This document shows, in pieces, positions 1 through 10,002 of a DNA stretch of 64,000 nt. The translations under genes were made by a program, and so were the position numbers. This stretch comes from Akkermansiaceae bacterium (GTDB lineage: Bacteria; Verrucomicrobiota; Verrucomicrobiia; Verrucomicrobiales; Akkermansiaceae). The stretch spans positions 50,951-114,950 of the forward strand of contig JBPOGF010000015.1 of the NCBI GenBank assembly GCA_051251915.1. The letters run 5' to 3'. Under the pieces are notes generated by a model that saw nothing but the letters and a program-made list of their open reading frames with translations, searched no databases and was not told where the DNA came from. Position 1 is the stretch's first letter. Every line of letters begins with the position of its first letter.

Positions 1-1
1 C

Positions 2-1876
2 CTGGGCAGTGAGATCAGTCACATCGATATTTCCTTCATCGTCGCATTTCACCGGCACCACCTTGAAACCAGCCATGACAGCTGATGCGGGGTTTGTGCC
101 ATGAGCTGAAGTAGGAATAAGGCAGATATTTCTATCAGTATCACTATTTGCGATGTGGTATCGACGGATCGCTAACAGGCCGGCAAACTCACCCTGTGAA
201 CCCGCATTCGGCTGAAGCGAAACAGCTGCAAAACCTGTGATTTCAGCTAGCCACTCAGAGAGACTATCTAACATGTCAAGATAACCATGAGTCTGCGATT
301 CTGGCGCAAATGGATGGATATTAGCAACTGTCGGCCATGAAAGCGGCATCATTTCTGACGATGCATTTAACTTCATCGTGCACGAGCCAAGAGCGATCAT
401 CGATTCATTCAGGGCTAGATCACGCTTCTCTAATCTCGCCAAATAACGCAGCATTTCAGTCTCAGAATGATAACGGTTAAACACTTCAGCTGTGCAGAAT
501 GATGATTCACGGGTGAAGCTCCCTTCCCAGCCAAATGATTCATCCTCAGGCATCACAATGTCAGCATCTACGCCAAATGCCTGCAAGACTGCCATGCCAT
601 GTTCAGGCGTGTGCGTTTCATCAAATGAAAGCCCAACAGTATCAGAATCGATCACGCGGAAATTAAGCCCAAACTCATGAGCTGAAGCATGGATCTCGTC
701 CGCCTTACCCGGAGTTTTAACGGTCAAGGTATCGAAAAATACTTCATTAGTAAGTTCAAAGCCAGCCGCCTTGAGGTTATGCGCCACAACCGTCGCCATC
801 TCGTGACACCCCATCGCGATAGTTTGTAAGCCTGCGGGTCCGTGGTAAACTGCATACATCGAAGCCATCACAGCAAGTAACACCTGAGCAGTGCAAATGT
901 TAGAAGTCGCCTTATCTCGACGGATATGCTGCTCGCGAGTTTGAAGCGCTAGTCGGTAAGCTGGTTTTCCATTAGAATCTATGGAAACTCCAATGATACG
1001 ACCCGGAAGCTTGCGCTTAAGTGCATCTTTACAAGAAATGTATCCAGCATGAGGTCCTCCAAAACCAAATGGAACACCGAATCTCTGACTAGAGCCTACT
1101 GCAATGTCCGCACCGAACTCACCAGGAGGACGAAGCACGGTCAGAGCAAGCAGATCAGCAGCTACAATAGTCATCGCTTTTGCTGCGTGAACCTTATCGT
1201 GAAATTCAGCGAAATCATGAACCCCACCGTCAACATCTGGATACTGCATGATGGTAGCAAAAAGCCCCTCACAAGTAGCAGGATCAAATGACTTCCAATC
1301 ACCCACTTTAACAATAATGCCGATTGGCTCACAACGGTTCTGCACAATATCAATAGTCTGCGGCAAGCACTTATCCGAAACAAAAACAGTGGTTCCTTTT
1401 GACTTGCCAGATTTAGCCAGAGCCACCGCTTCAGCAGCTGCTGTTCCCTCATCAAGAAGTGATGAATTTGCAATATCTAATCCAGTAAGCTCCGAAATCA
1501 TCGTCTGATAATTGATCAGTGCTTCTAGTCTGCCCTGAGCAATTTCTGCTTGGTAAGGAGTGTAAGCAGTGTACCAACCTGGATTTTCAAGAATATTTCT
1601 CTGAATCACAGCTGGAGTCAAGGTGCCATAATAACCCTGACCTATGCATGAAGTCATCACTTCATTTTGATCCATGATCTGCTTGAGTAATCCAAGTGCT
1701 TCCACTTCAGAAAGCGCTTGAGGCAAATCCATTTCGTGATCAAAACGAATGTTCGAAGGAACTGCCTCATCGATGAGATCTACGATGCGTTCGTATCCGA
1801 GTGTTCTGATCATTTCGTCACGATCATCGCCAAAGACGCCTACGTGGCGGCTACAAAAATCTATATGTGCTGACAT
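2..1876 (-). CDS. gcvP: Glycine dehydrogenase (decarboxylating), GCS P protein; 3' end lies outside the window
   Basis: Missing from the ORF track (no stop in window). Manual translation from ATG 1876 gives MSAHIDFCSRHVGV...IGQGYYGTLTPAVIQRNILENPGWYTAYTPYQAEIAQGRLEAL..., and the same frame ends ...KCDDEGNIDVTDLTAQ. Follows gcvT-gcvH. Confidence 0.97.
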   Translation of the reverse strand, partial: MSAHIDFCSRHVGVFGDDRDEMIRTLGYERIVDLIDEAVPSNIRFDHEMDLPQALSEVEALGLLKQIMDQNEVMTSCIGQGYYGTLTPAVIQRNILENPGWYTAYTPYQAEIAQGRLEALINYQTMISELTGLDIANSSLLDEGTAAAEAVALAKSGKSKGTTVFVSDKCLPQTIDIVQNRCEPIGIIVKVGDWKSFDPATCEGLFATIMQYPDVDGGVHDFAEFHDKVHAAKAMTIVAADLLALTVLRPPGEFGADIAVGSSQRFGVPFGFGGPHAGYISCKDALKRKLPGRIIGVSIDSNGKPAYRLALQTREQHIRRDKATSNICTAQVLLAVMASMYAVYHGPAGLQTIAMGCHEMATVVAHNLKAAGFELTNEVFFDTLTVKTPGKADEIHASAHEFGLNFRVIDSDTVGLSFDETHTPEHGMAVLQAFGVDADIVMPEDESFGWEGSFTRESSFCTAEVFNRYHSETEMLRYLARLEKRDLALNESMIALGSCTMKLNASSEMMPLSWPTVANIHPFAPESQTHGYLDMLDSLSEWLAEITGFAAVSLQPNAGSQGEFAGLLAIRRYHIANSDTDRNICLIPTSAHGTNPASAVMAGFKVVPVKCDDEGNIDVTDLTAQ

Positions 1877-1981
1877 GGTTGTTAGGTATAAGTTGATTAG
1901 TTTAAAAGAAAGAAAGGAACATGATGCATGCTCCCTTCTCAGTGAATTTAGGATAATGTTTTGTTACTTTTAGCGAGCTAT

Positions 1982-2362
1982 CTAGCCACCTATGTGTGCA
2001 GTATATGCCGCGGCATCCATCAGTGATTCAACATCAGTTAGATCTTGGATCTTCATCTTGAAAATCCAGCCTTTCCCATGCGGATCAGTATTCACAAGCC
2101 CAGGATCAGCTTCCAGATCTAGATTTGTCTCCACTATCTCACCAGCCAATGGCGCGTATATGTCAGATGCAGCTTTAACAGATTCCACAACTGCAATCCC
2201 CTCTTCTTCCACACATTCGCGGCCAATTTCTGGAAGCTCTACAAAAACAATATCAGTAAGTTCTTCCTGAGCATGCTCGGTGATTCCTACTGTGGCGACA
2301 TCGCCCTCAAGGGCTATCCATTCATGGTCTGCTGTGTATTTTAAGTTTGCTGGTATGCTCAT
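1982..2362 (-). CDS. gcvH: Glycine cleavage system H protein
   Basis: HEWI, VGITEHAQEELTDIVFVELP, lipoyl-lysine motif VESVKAASDIYAP. Confidence 0.98.
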   Translation of the reverse strand: MSIPANLKYTADHEWIALEGDVATVGITEHAQEELTDIVFVELPEIGRECVEEEGIAVVESVKAASDIYAPLAGEIVETNLDLEADPGLVNTDPHGKGWIFKMKIQDLTDVESLMDAAAYTAHIGG

Positions 2363-2406
2363 AATAAATTGTTCGGTTAAATTGTTGTTAGTCTTTTATG
2401 GATAAA

Positions 2407-3492
2407 TTAGTCCTTCTTGTAAAAAGGTTTTTTCACGACCTTAGCAGAGAATTTCCTACCACGGACATCGATATCTACTTCTGTTCCTACTTTGGCAAAT
2501 TCCACTGGCAAATAGCCCATACCAATTCCCTCTTTCAGACTCGGCGAGAAAACTCCACTAGTAAGCTCGCTAATCTGATTTCCCTCTTTAGAAAATACAC
2601 CATAATGCGCACGTGGCGGAGCTCCTTTTCCGGTGTATTTGATCGCCACTAGGCGCTCCTTCATACCTTGCTCCTTTTGCTGTTTTAGCACATCTCGTCC
2701 GATAAATGGTTTATCTAATGCGCAGAAAAAACCTAAGCCAGCCTGTACTGGTGTCCTCTCTGGCGATAAATCTGAGCCGTTGAGCGGATAGCAGACTTCC
2801 AGCCTTAGACTATCACGCGCACCAAGTCCACAAGGTTTAGCTCCAGCATCTATGAATTTCTTAAACCATGTAGAACCCTGCTCAGCAGACACAAAGAGCT
2901 CAAACCCGTCCTCCCCCGTGTAACCAGTACGACAGACAATAAATTTCTGGCCGTCTTGCTCCCAAGTATCAATACCATTTCTACTAGGCAACTCACGATC
3001 AGGAAGCAGTTTCGCATAAGCCTCTACAGCATCCGGCCCCTGCACCGCCATGCCTGCCCATGCATCAGACTCATTCGTCAACGTGAGTCCGTCAGCTAAG
3101 TGCTTATTAAGCCACGCAAAATCTTCATCGATCTTCGATGCATTCACCACGAGGAAAATCTGATCCTCTCCGAAGCGGTAAATGATTAAATCATCGATCA
3201 CCCCGCCCTGCTCATTCAGCATAAAAGTATATTGGGCTTCGCCGATGGCTAGCTTGTTTACATCGTTTGCTAAAATGCCATTAAGCCATTCTTCAGATCC
3301 TGCACCTACAAGAAAAAACTGACCCATATGAGAGATATCAAAAATCCCCACAGACTCACGTACCGTATTGTGCTCATCCATATTAGAAGTATATTGCACT
3401 GGCATATTCCAGCCTGCAAAGGGAACCATTTTACCTCCTAACTCAATGTGAAGTGCCTCTAGAGGAGATGATTGAATTGCTTGATCGCTCAT
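2407..3492 (-). CDS. gcvT: Glycine cleavage system aminomethyltransferase T
   Basis: GGKMVPFAGWNMPVQY, FDISHMG, RTGYTGEDGFEL, GLGARDSLRLE; ATG 3492 preferred over GTG 3498. Confidence 0.98.
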   Translation of the reverse strand: MSDQAIQSSPLEALHIELGGKMVPFAGWNMPVQYTSNMDEHNTVRESVGIFDISHMGQFFLVGAGSEEWLNGILANDVNKLAIGEAQYTFMLNEQGGVIDDLIIYRFGEDQIFLVVNASKIDEDFAWLNKHLADGLTLTNESDAWAGMAVQGPDAVEAYAKLLPDRELPSRNGIDTWEQDGQKFIVCRTGYTGEDGFELFVSAEQGSTWFKKFIDAGAKPCGLGARDSLRLEVCYPLNGSDLSPERTPVQAGLGFFCALDKPFIGRDVLKQQKEQGMKERLVAIKYTGKGAPPRAHYGVFSKEGNQISELTSGVFSPSLKEGIGMGYLPVEFAKVGTEVDIDVRGRKFSAKVVKKPFYKKD

Positions 3493-3610
3493 ATGCACGC
3501 AGTAGGTATGAAATTCGTGAAAATGTCAATAATACAGCGAAATATTAAGCGATTGTTTTGCTCTATGAGCAACATAAATCCTCATCATGAATCATGTTGC
3601 TGAATCAACC

Positions 3611-4201
3611 TCATTCTGCCTGCTTCAAATGAAACATGAACTTTTCTTCGTTCTCTTTAGTTATCGTTGCAAGAGCAACAGGTCCTACACCCTTTTTATA
3701 GTAGCTCTTAGTCTTCATCCCATTACCCATAGTCTGTTCTAGGACAAGCAGCCCATCCATATTGAAACCTTTGATTGCAACTCCCCCATCTAAAGTAACT
3801 ACTTTACTAGTCACTTCAAATCCCCTGATCTTCGATGTCCAAGTATAACCTTCCTTCAATTTGGAAACAGAGGGCATTGCTAAAACCTCAGTTTTAAACC
3901 CTGTATTGATCACGTAAAGATTACCCTCTTCATCTACACGAGCCAAACCCTCGGTGGGATATTTCTTTTCACCAGCTTTATCCAACATCCAATTCTTTGT
4001 TAGATAGTATTTCATACCTTCTTGTTCTTTCGTTTCACCTGTATATTGTGAAATAGACTCAGCTATGCCCCCTCCAGCCACTCCGTCAATATAAGTAAAT
4101 ACAGTCTGTTTTTTCTCACTGACTGGGAAATACGGATGATCTGCCAGTGTGATTGCTATACTCCAGAGTAATGTAAATAATGATATGCATGCTAATTTCA
4201 T
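3611..4201 (-). CDS. Hypothetical exported protein
   Basis: N-terminal signal peptide (…AITLA-DH), YFP motif, C-terminal YYKKGVG, predicted beta-rich. Confidence 0.7.
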   Translation of the reverse strand: MKLACISLFTLLWSIAITLADHPYFPVSEKKQTVFTYIDGVAGGGIAESISQYTGETKEQEGMKYYLTKNWMLDKAGEKKYPTEGLARVDEEGNLYVINTGFKTEVLAMPSVSKLKEGYTWTSKIRGFEVTSKVVTLDGGVAIKGFNMDGLLVLEQTMGNGMKTKSYYKKGVGPVALATITKENEEKFMFHLKQAE

Positions 4202-4375
4202 AGTGGTTTGTTTATGTTTAAATTAATAATATGATCTATGTTTATTTAAGTCCCAATCATTTTGATGCATTAGAGCAAAACAAGTCAAACCAGTAATTGA
4301 TTTTTAACAGAATAATCCTTCATCATTGGGTGAAAAATAGTTCGCTATTCTTAGTCCCTAAACTATAAATAATGC

Positions 4376-5065
4376 ATGGAAAATCCTTATCAAACACCTG
4401 ACTCAAACCCACACTCTCCTGATATCCCTAAATCGCCTCAAGATTTAGACATCCCAGGTCTCAGCAATGCAGTCTATCCCCTATTTGTTTCTTTCAAGAT
4501 TCTAGCATTCGCCCCACAGTTGCAGATCACAGACTCTGCAGGTAGATCACTCGTCTACGTAAAACAAAAACTATTCAAATTTAAGGAGAAGGTAGACATC
4601 TTCACAGATAAGTCCAAAACCACCCAACTAGGCACCATCAAAGCGAACAAGGTGATCGACTGGTCAGCACGTTACTTCTTCGCCAGTAATGACGGTAGTG
4701 AAATTGGCTCCGTAGGCAGAAAAGGAATGCGTTCCCTCTGGAAAGCGAGTTACGAAACCTTCAACCCCGGAGACGACACTCCAGACTACCACATCTCCGA
4801 GGAAAACCCTATGTCCAAGGTGTTTGATAGTCTCATAGGTGAAATCCCCATCGTAGGAATGGCGACCTCTTACCTGTTTAATCCAAAGTATCTAGCAACT
4901 CAGAAAAGCAACGGCGAAGGAGTCATGCGTGTCACCAAAAAACCTGCACTTTGGGAAGGTAAATTCCAGATCGACAAGCTATCAGATGCACTCACACCAC
5001 AGCAGGAGCTCAATCTCATTTTCTCCTTCATCATGCTTCTTCTGTTAGAACGCTCACGTGGCTAA
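4376..5065 (+). CDS. Hypothetical protein, LURP-one/scramblase (Tubby C-terminal-like) family
   Basis: YVKQKLFKFKEKVDIF and GSVGRKGMRSLWKASYE patterns; C-terminal hydrophobic helix. Confidence 0.55.
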   Translation: MENPYQTPDSNPHSPDIPKSPQDLDIPGLSNAVYPLFVSFKILAFAPQLQITDSAGRSLVYVKQKLFKFKEKVDIFTDKSKTTQLGTIKANKVIDWSARYFFASNDGSEIGSVGRKGMRSLWKASYETFNPGDDTPDYHISEENPMSKVFDSLIGEIPIVGMATSYLFNPKYLATQKSNGEGVMRVTKKPALWEGKFQIDKLSDALTPQQELNLIFSFIMLLLLERSRG

Positions 5066-5965
5066 ATGAACCAGTGCCAACAGACCGTAATCCCCCACCA
5101 AGAATGGAGGGACACAGCTGAGCTCTTCACCCAGCAAGTGAAGAGTTGGACTGAGCCCTACCGCAAGAAAAAGGGCAAAGGAGCCAAGCACCCAGTGCAT
5201 GATTTCCTATTCTCCTACTATTCCTATTCCATGGGGAGATTAGAAACCTGGCATCCAGGATTCGGCGTTCTGTTAGAGTCTCCACCGCTAGACCATTTCA
5301 GTAGTAAATATTACCGTGAAATCAACGGCACTGTCTTCTTGGACCCCACGCTCATGCCTCATAAGCGCATTCCTAGACTGCGCTGGATTCAGAAACTGTT
5401 AGAATCAACTCAAGAACGCCCGGCTAACTTCTCATGCTTCGGATTACATGAATGGGCAATGGTTTACCAAGCAGAAGACGTGCGTCACCGCGAGTCAGCA
5501 CCACTTCGACTTACCCAACAAGAAACTAACAAAGTTTTAGAGAGCAGAACGGTGCGCTGCACCCACTATGATGCATATCGCTTCTTCTCATCCTCTGCCC
5601 ACAGTATGAACAAGCTCAACCCTGAAAGTGAAACCCTCCCCGAGTTCGAGCAACCAGGCTGTCTACACACCAATATGGACCTCTACAAATGGTGTTACAA
5701 AGCCATGCCTTGGATCTCCAGCGACATACTCTGGCAATGCTTTCTTCTCGCCAAGGACATCCGCGAACTAGACATGCGAGCCTCCCCCTACGATCTAACA
5801 GAATACAACCTGACCCCAGTTAAAATAGAAACCAAACAAGGCCGCGAAGAATACGAATCTCTCCAACGCTCCTTCTCTCTCCGATCCGAAGCAATAAGAA
5901 AATCCCTGATCCAACAGCTTAATAGCGTTCTCAATATCGCCGAGGGTATTGAAAATCGGCTTTAG
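5066..5965 (+). CDS. Conserved uncharacterised enzyme (family often auto-annotated '3-methyladenine DNA glycosylase')
   Basis: KHPVHDFLFSYY, CFGLHEWAMVY, CTHYDAYRFF, EQPGCLHTNMDLYKW, DMRASPYDL; ATG directly follows upstream TAA. Confidence 0.7.
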   Translation: MNQCQQTVIPHQEWRDTAELFTQQVKSWTEPYRKKKGKGAKHPVHDFLFSYYSYSMGRLETWHPGFGVLLESPPLDHFSSKYYREINGTVFLDPTLMPHKRIPRLRWIQKLLESTQERPANFSCFGLHEWAMVYQAEDVRHRESAPLRLTQQETNKVLESRTVRCTHYDAYRFFSSSAHSMNKLNPESETLPEFEQPGCLHTNMDLYKWCYKAMPWISSDILWQCFLLAKDIRELDMRASPYDLTEYNLTPVKIETKQGREEYESLQRSFSLRSEAIRKSLIQQLNSVLNIAEGIENRL

Positions 5966-5980
5966 TAAATCATTCGCATA

Positions 5981-8197
5981 CTATGGCTTCTGTCCTAACA
6001 ATGCTTGAACTCGCGTAAAGTTCTCTTTTGCCTTTGCTAAATCTTCAGGAGTCGTGAATCTTGGTTTTAACCCAACAGCATTTTGGTAGAACTCTACCGC
6101 CTTAGGCAAGTCTCTCTCTAGACCGTGACTACCTTTTTCATAGATTTCACCTAGGTCAATCATTGCATCAATATGTTTTTTTACAGCAGCCTGTTCTAGT
6201 AGCCTTAGACCTTCCGTAATATCATGTATAACATTCCCTTCATTAAGGTAGATAACTCCCAAACAATAAGCTGAATATTGGCTCCCTAGATCTATTGATT
6301 TTTTTAGATACTCGACCCCTCGAACAGGATTTGGCTTGAGTCCAGCCTCTCCATAAAATATAGCTTTACCTAGGAAATAATAACAACTTGATTTTAAATG
6401 CCCTGCTGCCGAGGCACTTCTTAAAAGCTCGATCGCCTTATCTCCATTCTTCTCTACTCCCTCGCCATTAAGATAGCAAATGCCTAAATTATATGCAGAA
6501 TATGCGTCGTTGAGATCATTGCCTATTCTGGCGTATTTGACAGTTAAATCCACATCCTTAGGATTTCCAAGATCCCCATCCCGATAAATTGTTATCACTT
6601 TCCTAATCGCCAGTCTGTTTCCCTTATCTGCAGCCTTAATATAGAGTTCTAGAGCTTTCACAGGATTTCTTTCAACGTGCTGCCCATTCCTGTAGAGTGT
6701 GGCCAAAGCTTCTTGGCTAACAGGATGATTAGCTTCCACAGCCTTATTCAGCCACTTTAGTCCTTCTTCTTCATTCTGCTCTATCCCGTGCCCACGAAGT
6801 GTACGAAGTGCGTATTCTGTCATGCTATACCCATGCCCTTTTTCCGCAAAAGACCTATAAAGTTCTACCAATTTAGGTTGACCAACTTGTCTGCCGTATT
6901 TTCCGATGATCAACTGATGGTAATCGGATAGCCGATTAGTGAGATACTGATCAGCCGCTTTCACGTCCTCTTTTGCTGTATCAATAAAGTATTGCTCATA
7001 CCACCTCTCGGCGGCATCTATGTTCTTAGAGACACCATAATGGCCATGAAATAATGCATCTGCGAGTTTAACTTTAGCAGGAGTATAGCCAGCTTCAGCC
7101 GATTTGGTCATCCAGTATATCATCAGCTTAGGGCTATGATCAACCCCGTAGCCCTTTCCATAGAAAAGGGCTAAGTTAGATTGTGCAATGAAATCTCCTT
7201 GCTCAGCCGATTTCTTATATAGCTCAGATGCTTTTAAAATATCCTTAGGCACCCCGATTCCGTGCTCATAATTATAACCTAATACTAACTGAGCCTGTGC
7301 ATGATCCTGGTTTACCGCTAAATTCAAATATTTTATCTCTGTTTCAATATGCTCATAGATCCCAGAGCCCTTACGGTTAACAAGTGCCCATTTATACTGC
7401 ATATCAGCGTTGCCAGCGACTGCGTCCTTGACGAGCATATCTTCATCCACATAGCTGAAAAAGTCTTTTGAAAATGGGCGTGTCTTGGCACCATGTTTCA
7501 TCACCGCAAGCCTATTATTAGCAAGTTTAAGCACGTTGGTGGCAGGCTGATAACCTGCGTCGGCATCAAGCTCTAAAAGCTCTCGGTCAACATGCTTGTA
7601 AAAATCGTAGTCAAATGACTTACCAAATGCGCAGAATTCTTCAGATTTTTTCCGGTTTTCTATGAGGTCTATTGCTTGCCTAACTTCTAAGTTTCCCGCA
7701 GCCGCATCTTTCTTCAGAAGGTCAAAATCAAAATATTCAACGGCACGTGGGTTGAACGCTTTCCCTATCTGAACAGAAGACGTGAGCAGCGCTCTGTTAG
7801 ATAGAAGATTGACTAGTTGTTTGGCATTATCATTCCCAGCATCAGCATCGGCCTGAAGCATCGTTAGATCAAAATGCTCTAATGTTTCATTGGGGATAGA
7901 TTTACCCAGCTGGATGAGTTCTTGGGCCGCCATCTTGTTATCATACCTCTCTAAAATTTGTGCGGCATAAGAGCCTCCTTCTTCGGCATCTTTTCTGAGA
8001 AGATCGATGTCTATTTGCTCCTCTAGATCATCAGGCAGAGGTTTACCTTGGACGATTAGTTTGCCTGCTACGATACGGTTTTTCAACACAGAGTTCTTTG
8101 CATCACTCTGTATTCTAATTAACAAGACACCAGCTACCAGGGCACACAACAACAAGACGGCTACCATCCTAACAAGATTCTTTTGACACTTCATCAT
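5981..8197 (-). CDS. Membrane-anchored Sel1-like repeat protein with five N-terminal 47-aa repeats
   Basis: N-terminal TM segment; many Sel1 units (e.g. AQLVLGYNYEHGIGVPKDILKASELYKKSAEQG). Confidence 0.9.
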   Translation of the reverse strand: MMKCQKNLVRMVAVLLLCALVAGVLLIRIQSDAKNSVLKNRIVAGKLIVQGKPLPDDLEEQIDIDLLRKDAEEGGSYAAQILERYDNKMAAQELIQLGKSIPNETLEHFDLTMLQADADAGNDNAKQLVNLLSNRALLTSSVQIGKAFNPRAVEYFDFDLLKKDAAAGNLEVRQAIDLIENRKKSEEFCAFGKSFDYDFYKHVDRELLELDADAGYQPATNVLKLANNRLAVMKHGAKTRPFSKDFFSYVDEDMLVKDAVAGNADMQYKWALVNRKGSGIYEHIETEIKYLNLAVNQDHAQAQLVLGYNYEHGIGVPKDILKASELYKKSAEQGDFIAQSNLALFYGKGYGVDHSPKLMIYWMTKSAEAGYTPAKVKLADALFHGHYGVSKNIDAAERWYEQYFIDTAKEDVKAADQYLTNRLSDYHQLIIGKYGRQVGQPKLVELYRSFAEKGHGYSMTEYALRTLRGHGIEQNEEEGLKWLNKAVEANHPVSQEALATLYRNGQHVERNPVKALELYIKAADKGNRLAIRKVITIYRDGDLGNPKDVDLTVKYARIGNDLNDAYSAYNLGICYLNGEGVEKNGDKAIELLRSASAAGHLKSSCYYFLGKAIFYGEAGLKPNPVRGVEYLKKSIDLGSQYSAYCLGVIYLNEGNVIHDITEGLRLLEQAAVKKHIDAMIDLGEIYEKGSHGLERDLPKAVEFYQNAVGLKPRFTTPEDLAKAKENFTRVQALLGQKP

Positions 8198-8304
8198 CTA
8201 ATGTTTAAAGCAAATTATAACCTTACACAAGCTCGCTCTATGAAATCAGCGCAAGCCGTCACCAACTTTCTCATATCTCCACTTCGACAAAAAGTATACC
8301 ACTC

Positions 8305-9207
8305 CTAGCTTAATTTCTCAGCATATTGTTTAGTCTCATCAATGAATTCTTGTGCAATGGGTTTGATCAGACCTTGATACAATATCCCAATGATGAGCGG
8401 TGAAAAGCCATCTAGAGGAATCACATGGCAACCTTCAGCAATGAATTTCTCACCAGATTCTCCCGGGACGGCTACCGCTATACCAGCCCCGAAACCTCGT
8501 CTCACATAGCTCTGAATCACATCGAGAGAGTTCACTTCCACGCTAACATCCCAAGCTATTTTACGCTCTTGCAGGCCTTTCTGGAAAATCTGCTGTAATG
8601 CTTCATGCGGCGGCAGCCCCACTAGCGGGATCTTCGCTTTCAAGCCTGTCCCATCATCACTTTCCTCAATGAGATCATCCAGCGTCTTCACCTTACACGT
8701 CTCAGGCACCAACAGCACAATGGGTAATCTCAGCAACTCTTCCGCCTTCAGCCCGTCAGTAAGTTTTCCGTAGATGATACTAATCGCGATGTCCGCCTGT
8801 TGGTTGATCAGACTAGTATAAATGGCAGCAGGATCCACTTCTCTTAAACTGAGTTTCAAATCAGGAATCCGCAGCTTCATTCTCTCTAGAACATTCGGTA
8901 AATGTGTCCGCAACACAGATGCAGAAGCGCAGACTCTTAGATGCTTCCCTAACTCCCCTTTCAAGCTCTCTTCCATCTGCCCCATCTGTGAGAAAAATGG
9001 ATACACATAATCATAAAGTTCATCCCCCTCTGGCGTCAGAGCGAATGGACGTCGGTTAAAAAGCTTCACCCCTAGCTCACTTTCTAACTGTAATATCTGC
9101 CCACTCACCGCTGGTTGCTGAATCCCATATGGCATCTTCCTCACCGCAGCAGTGATGCCTTCAAATTTTGCAACGTAGTAAAATAGCTCTAAGTGATGAA
9201 CATTCAT
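8305..9207 (-). CDS. LysR-family transcriptional regulator
   Basis: MNVHHLELFYYVAKFEGITAA...QPAVSGQILQLESELGVKLFNR HTH; start placed at ATG 9207. Confidence 0.95.
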   Translation of the reverse strand: MNVHHLELFYYVAKFEGITAAVRKMPYGIQQPAVSGQILQLESELGVKLFNRRPFALTPEGDELYDYVYPFFSQMGQMEESLKGELGKHLRVCASASVLRTHLPNVLERMKLRIPDLKLSLREVDPAAIYTSLINQQADIAISIIYGKLTDGLKAEELLRLPIVLLVPETCKVKTLDDLIEESDDGTGLKAKIPLVGLPPHEALQQIFQKGLQERKIAWDVSVEVNSLDVIQSYVRRGFGAGIAVAVPGESGEKFIAEGCHVIPLDGFSPLIIGILYQGLIKPIAQEFIDETKQYAEKLS

Positions 9208-9303
9208 ATGGCATATGTAACAACAATCTATTATCACTTTCAATGATGATCTTAGGATATTTCCATCGACCGACTGCATTTTTCACCTATAGTCCCCCAA
9301 GCA

Positions 9304-10002
9304 ATGAAGAAAGAAACAGCAACTAAAGGCAGAACACTAGCGATTGGCGATATTCATGGATGCCTAGATGCCCTGAAAACACTAGAAGAATTCGTAGGCT
9401 TCAGTGAGAACGACACCATCATCACACTCGGTGACTACATCGACCGAGGACCAGATTCCAAGGGGGTTATCGATTGGCTTATTTCTGGCCGCGAGAAATA
9501 TAATCTCATCACCCTCGCGGGAAACCATGAACTCATGATGGAGGACTCCAAACACAGTGCCGCGGCACATTATTTCTGGAGCATCAATGGAGGAGAAAGC
9601 ACATTGATGTCGTTTGATTGTTGCGTTGAGGATGTTCCCACTAATTATTGGCAATTCATCAAAAGTTGCGAACTTTTCTATGAAACAGACAGTCACATCT
9701 TTGTTCATGCAGGCTTAGAGCCATCACTCGCACCAGAAGATCAGAATCCCGATACTCTTTGCTGGTTGAGGTTTGGAAATTTAAAACCACACGACTCTAA
9801 CAAAACAATTATCTGTGGACACACACCCCAGAAATCTCACATCCCAGGTATCCTCCCTCACGCTATATGTATAGATACCCATGCTTTTAACCCAAGAGGA
9901 TATCTGACCTGTCTAGATGTGGAAACTGGAGATTACTGGCAGGCTAGTAATCAAGGAATTAAGCGTAAAAAAACACTAGAACTAACGGACCTTACATCAT
10001 GA
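9304..10002 (+). CDS. Metallophosphoesterase (PPP/PphA-like Ser/Thr phosphatase family)
   Basis: GDIHG, GDYIDRG, GNHE, VHAG, GHTP, CIDT motifs. Confidence 0.93.
   Translation: MKKETATKGRTLAIGDIHGCLDALKTLEEFVGFSENDTIITLGDYIDRGPDSKGVIDWLISGREKYNLITLAGNHELMMEDSKHSAAAHYFWSINGGESTLMSFDCCVEDVPTNYWQFIKSCELFYETDSHIFVHAGLEPSLAPEDQNPDTLCWLRFGNLKPHDSNKTIICGHTPQKSHIPGILPHAICIDTHAFNPRGYLTCLDVETGDYWQASNQGIKRKKTLELTDLTS

Noticed and set aside
492..1973. Short ORFs listed over 492-1973
   Set aside because: Shadow frames of gcvP, which the track missed because its stop is outside the window.
3499..3610. Glycine riboswitch upstream of gcvT
   Set aside because: Only about 110 nt, no GGAGA/GAAGG aptamer motifs; it holds a hairpin after the upstream gene and a TTGACA close to the start.
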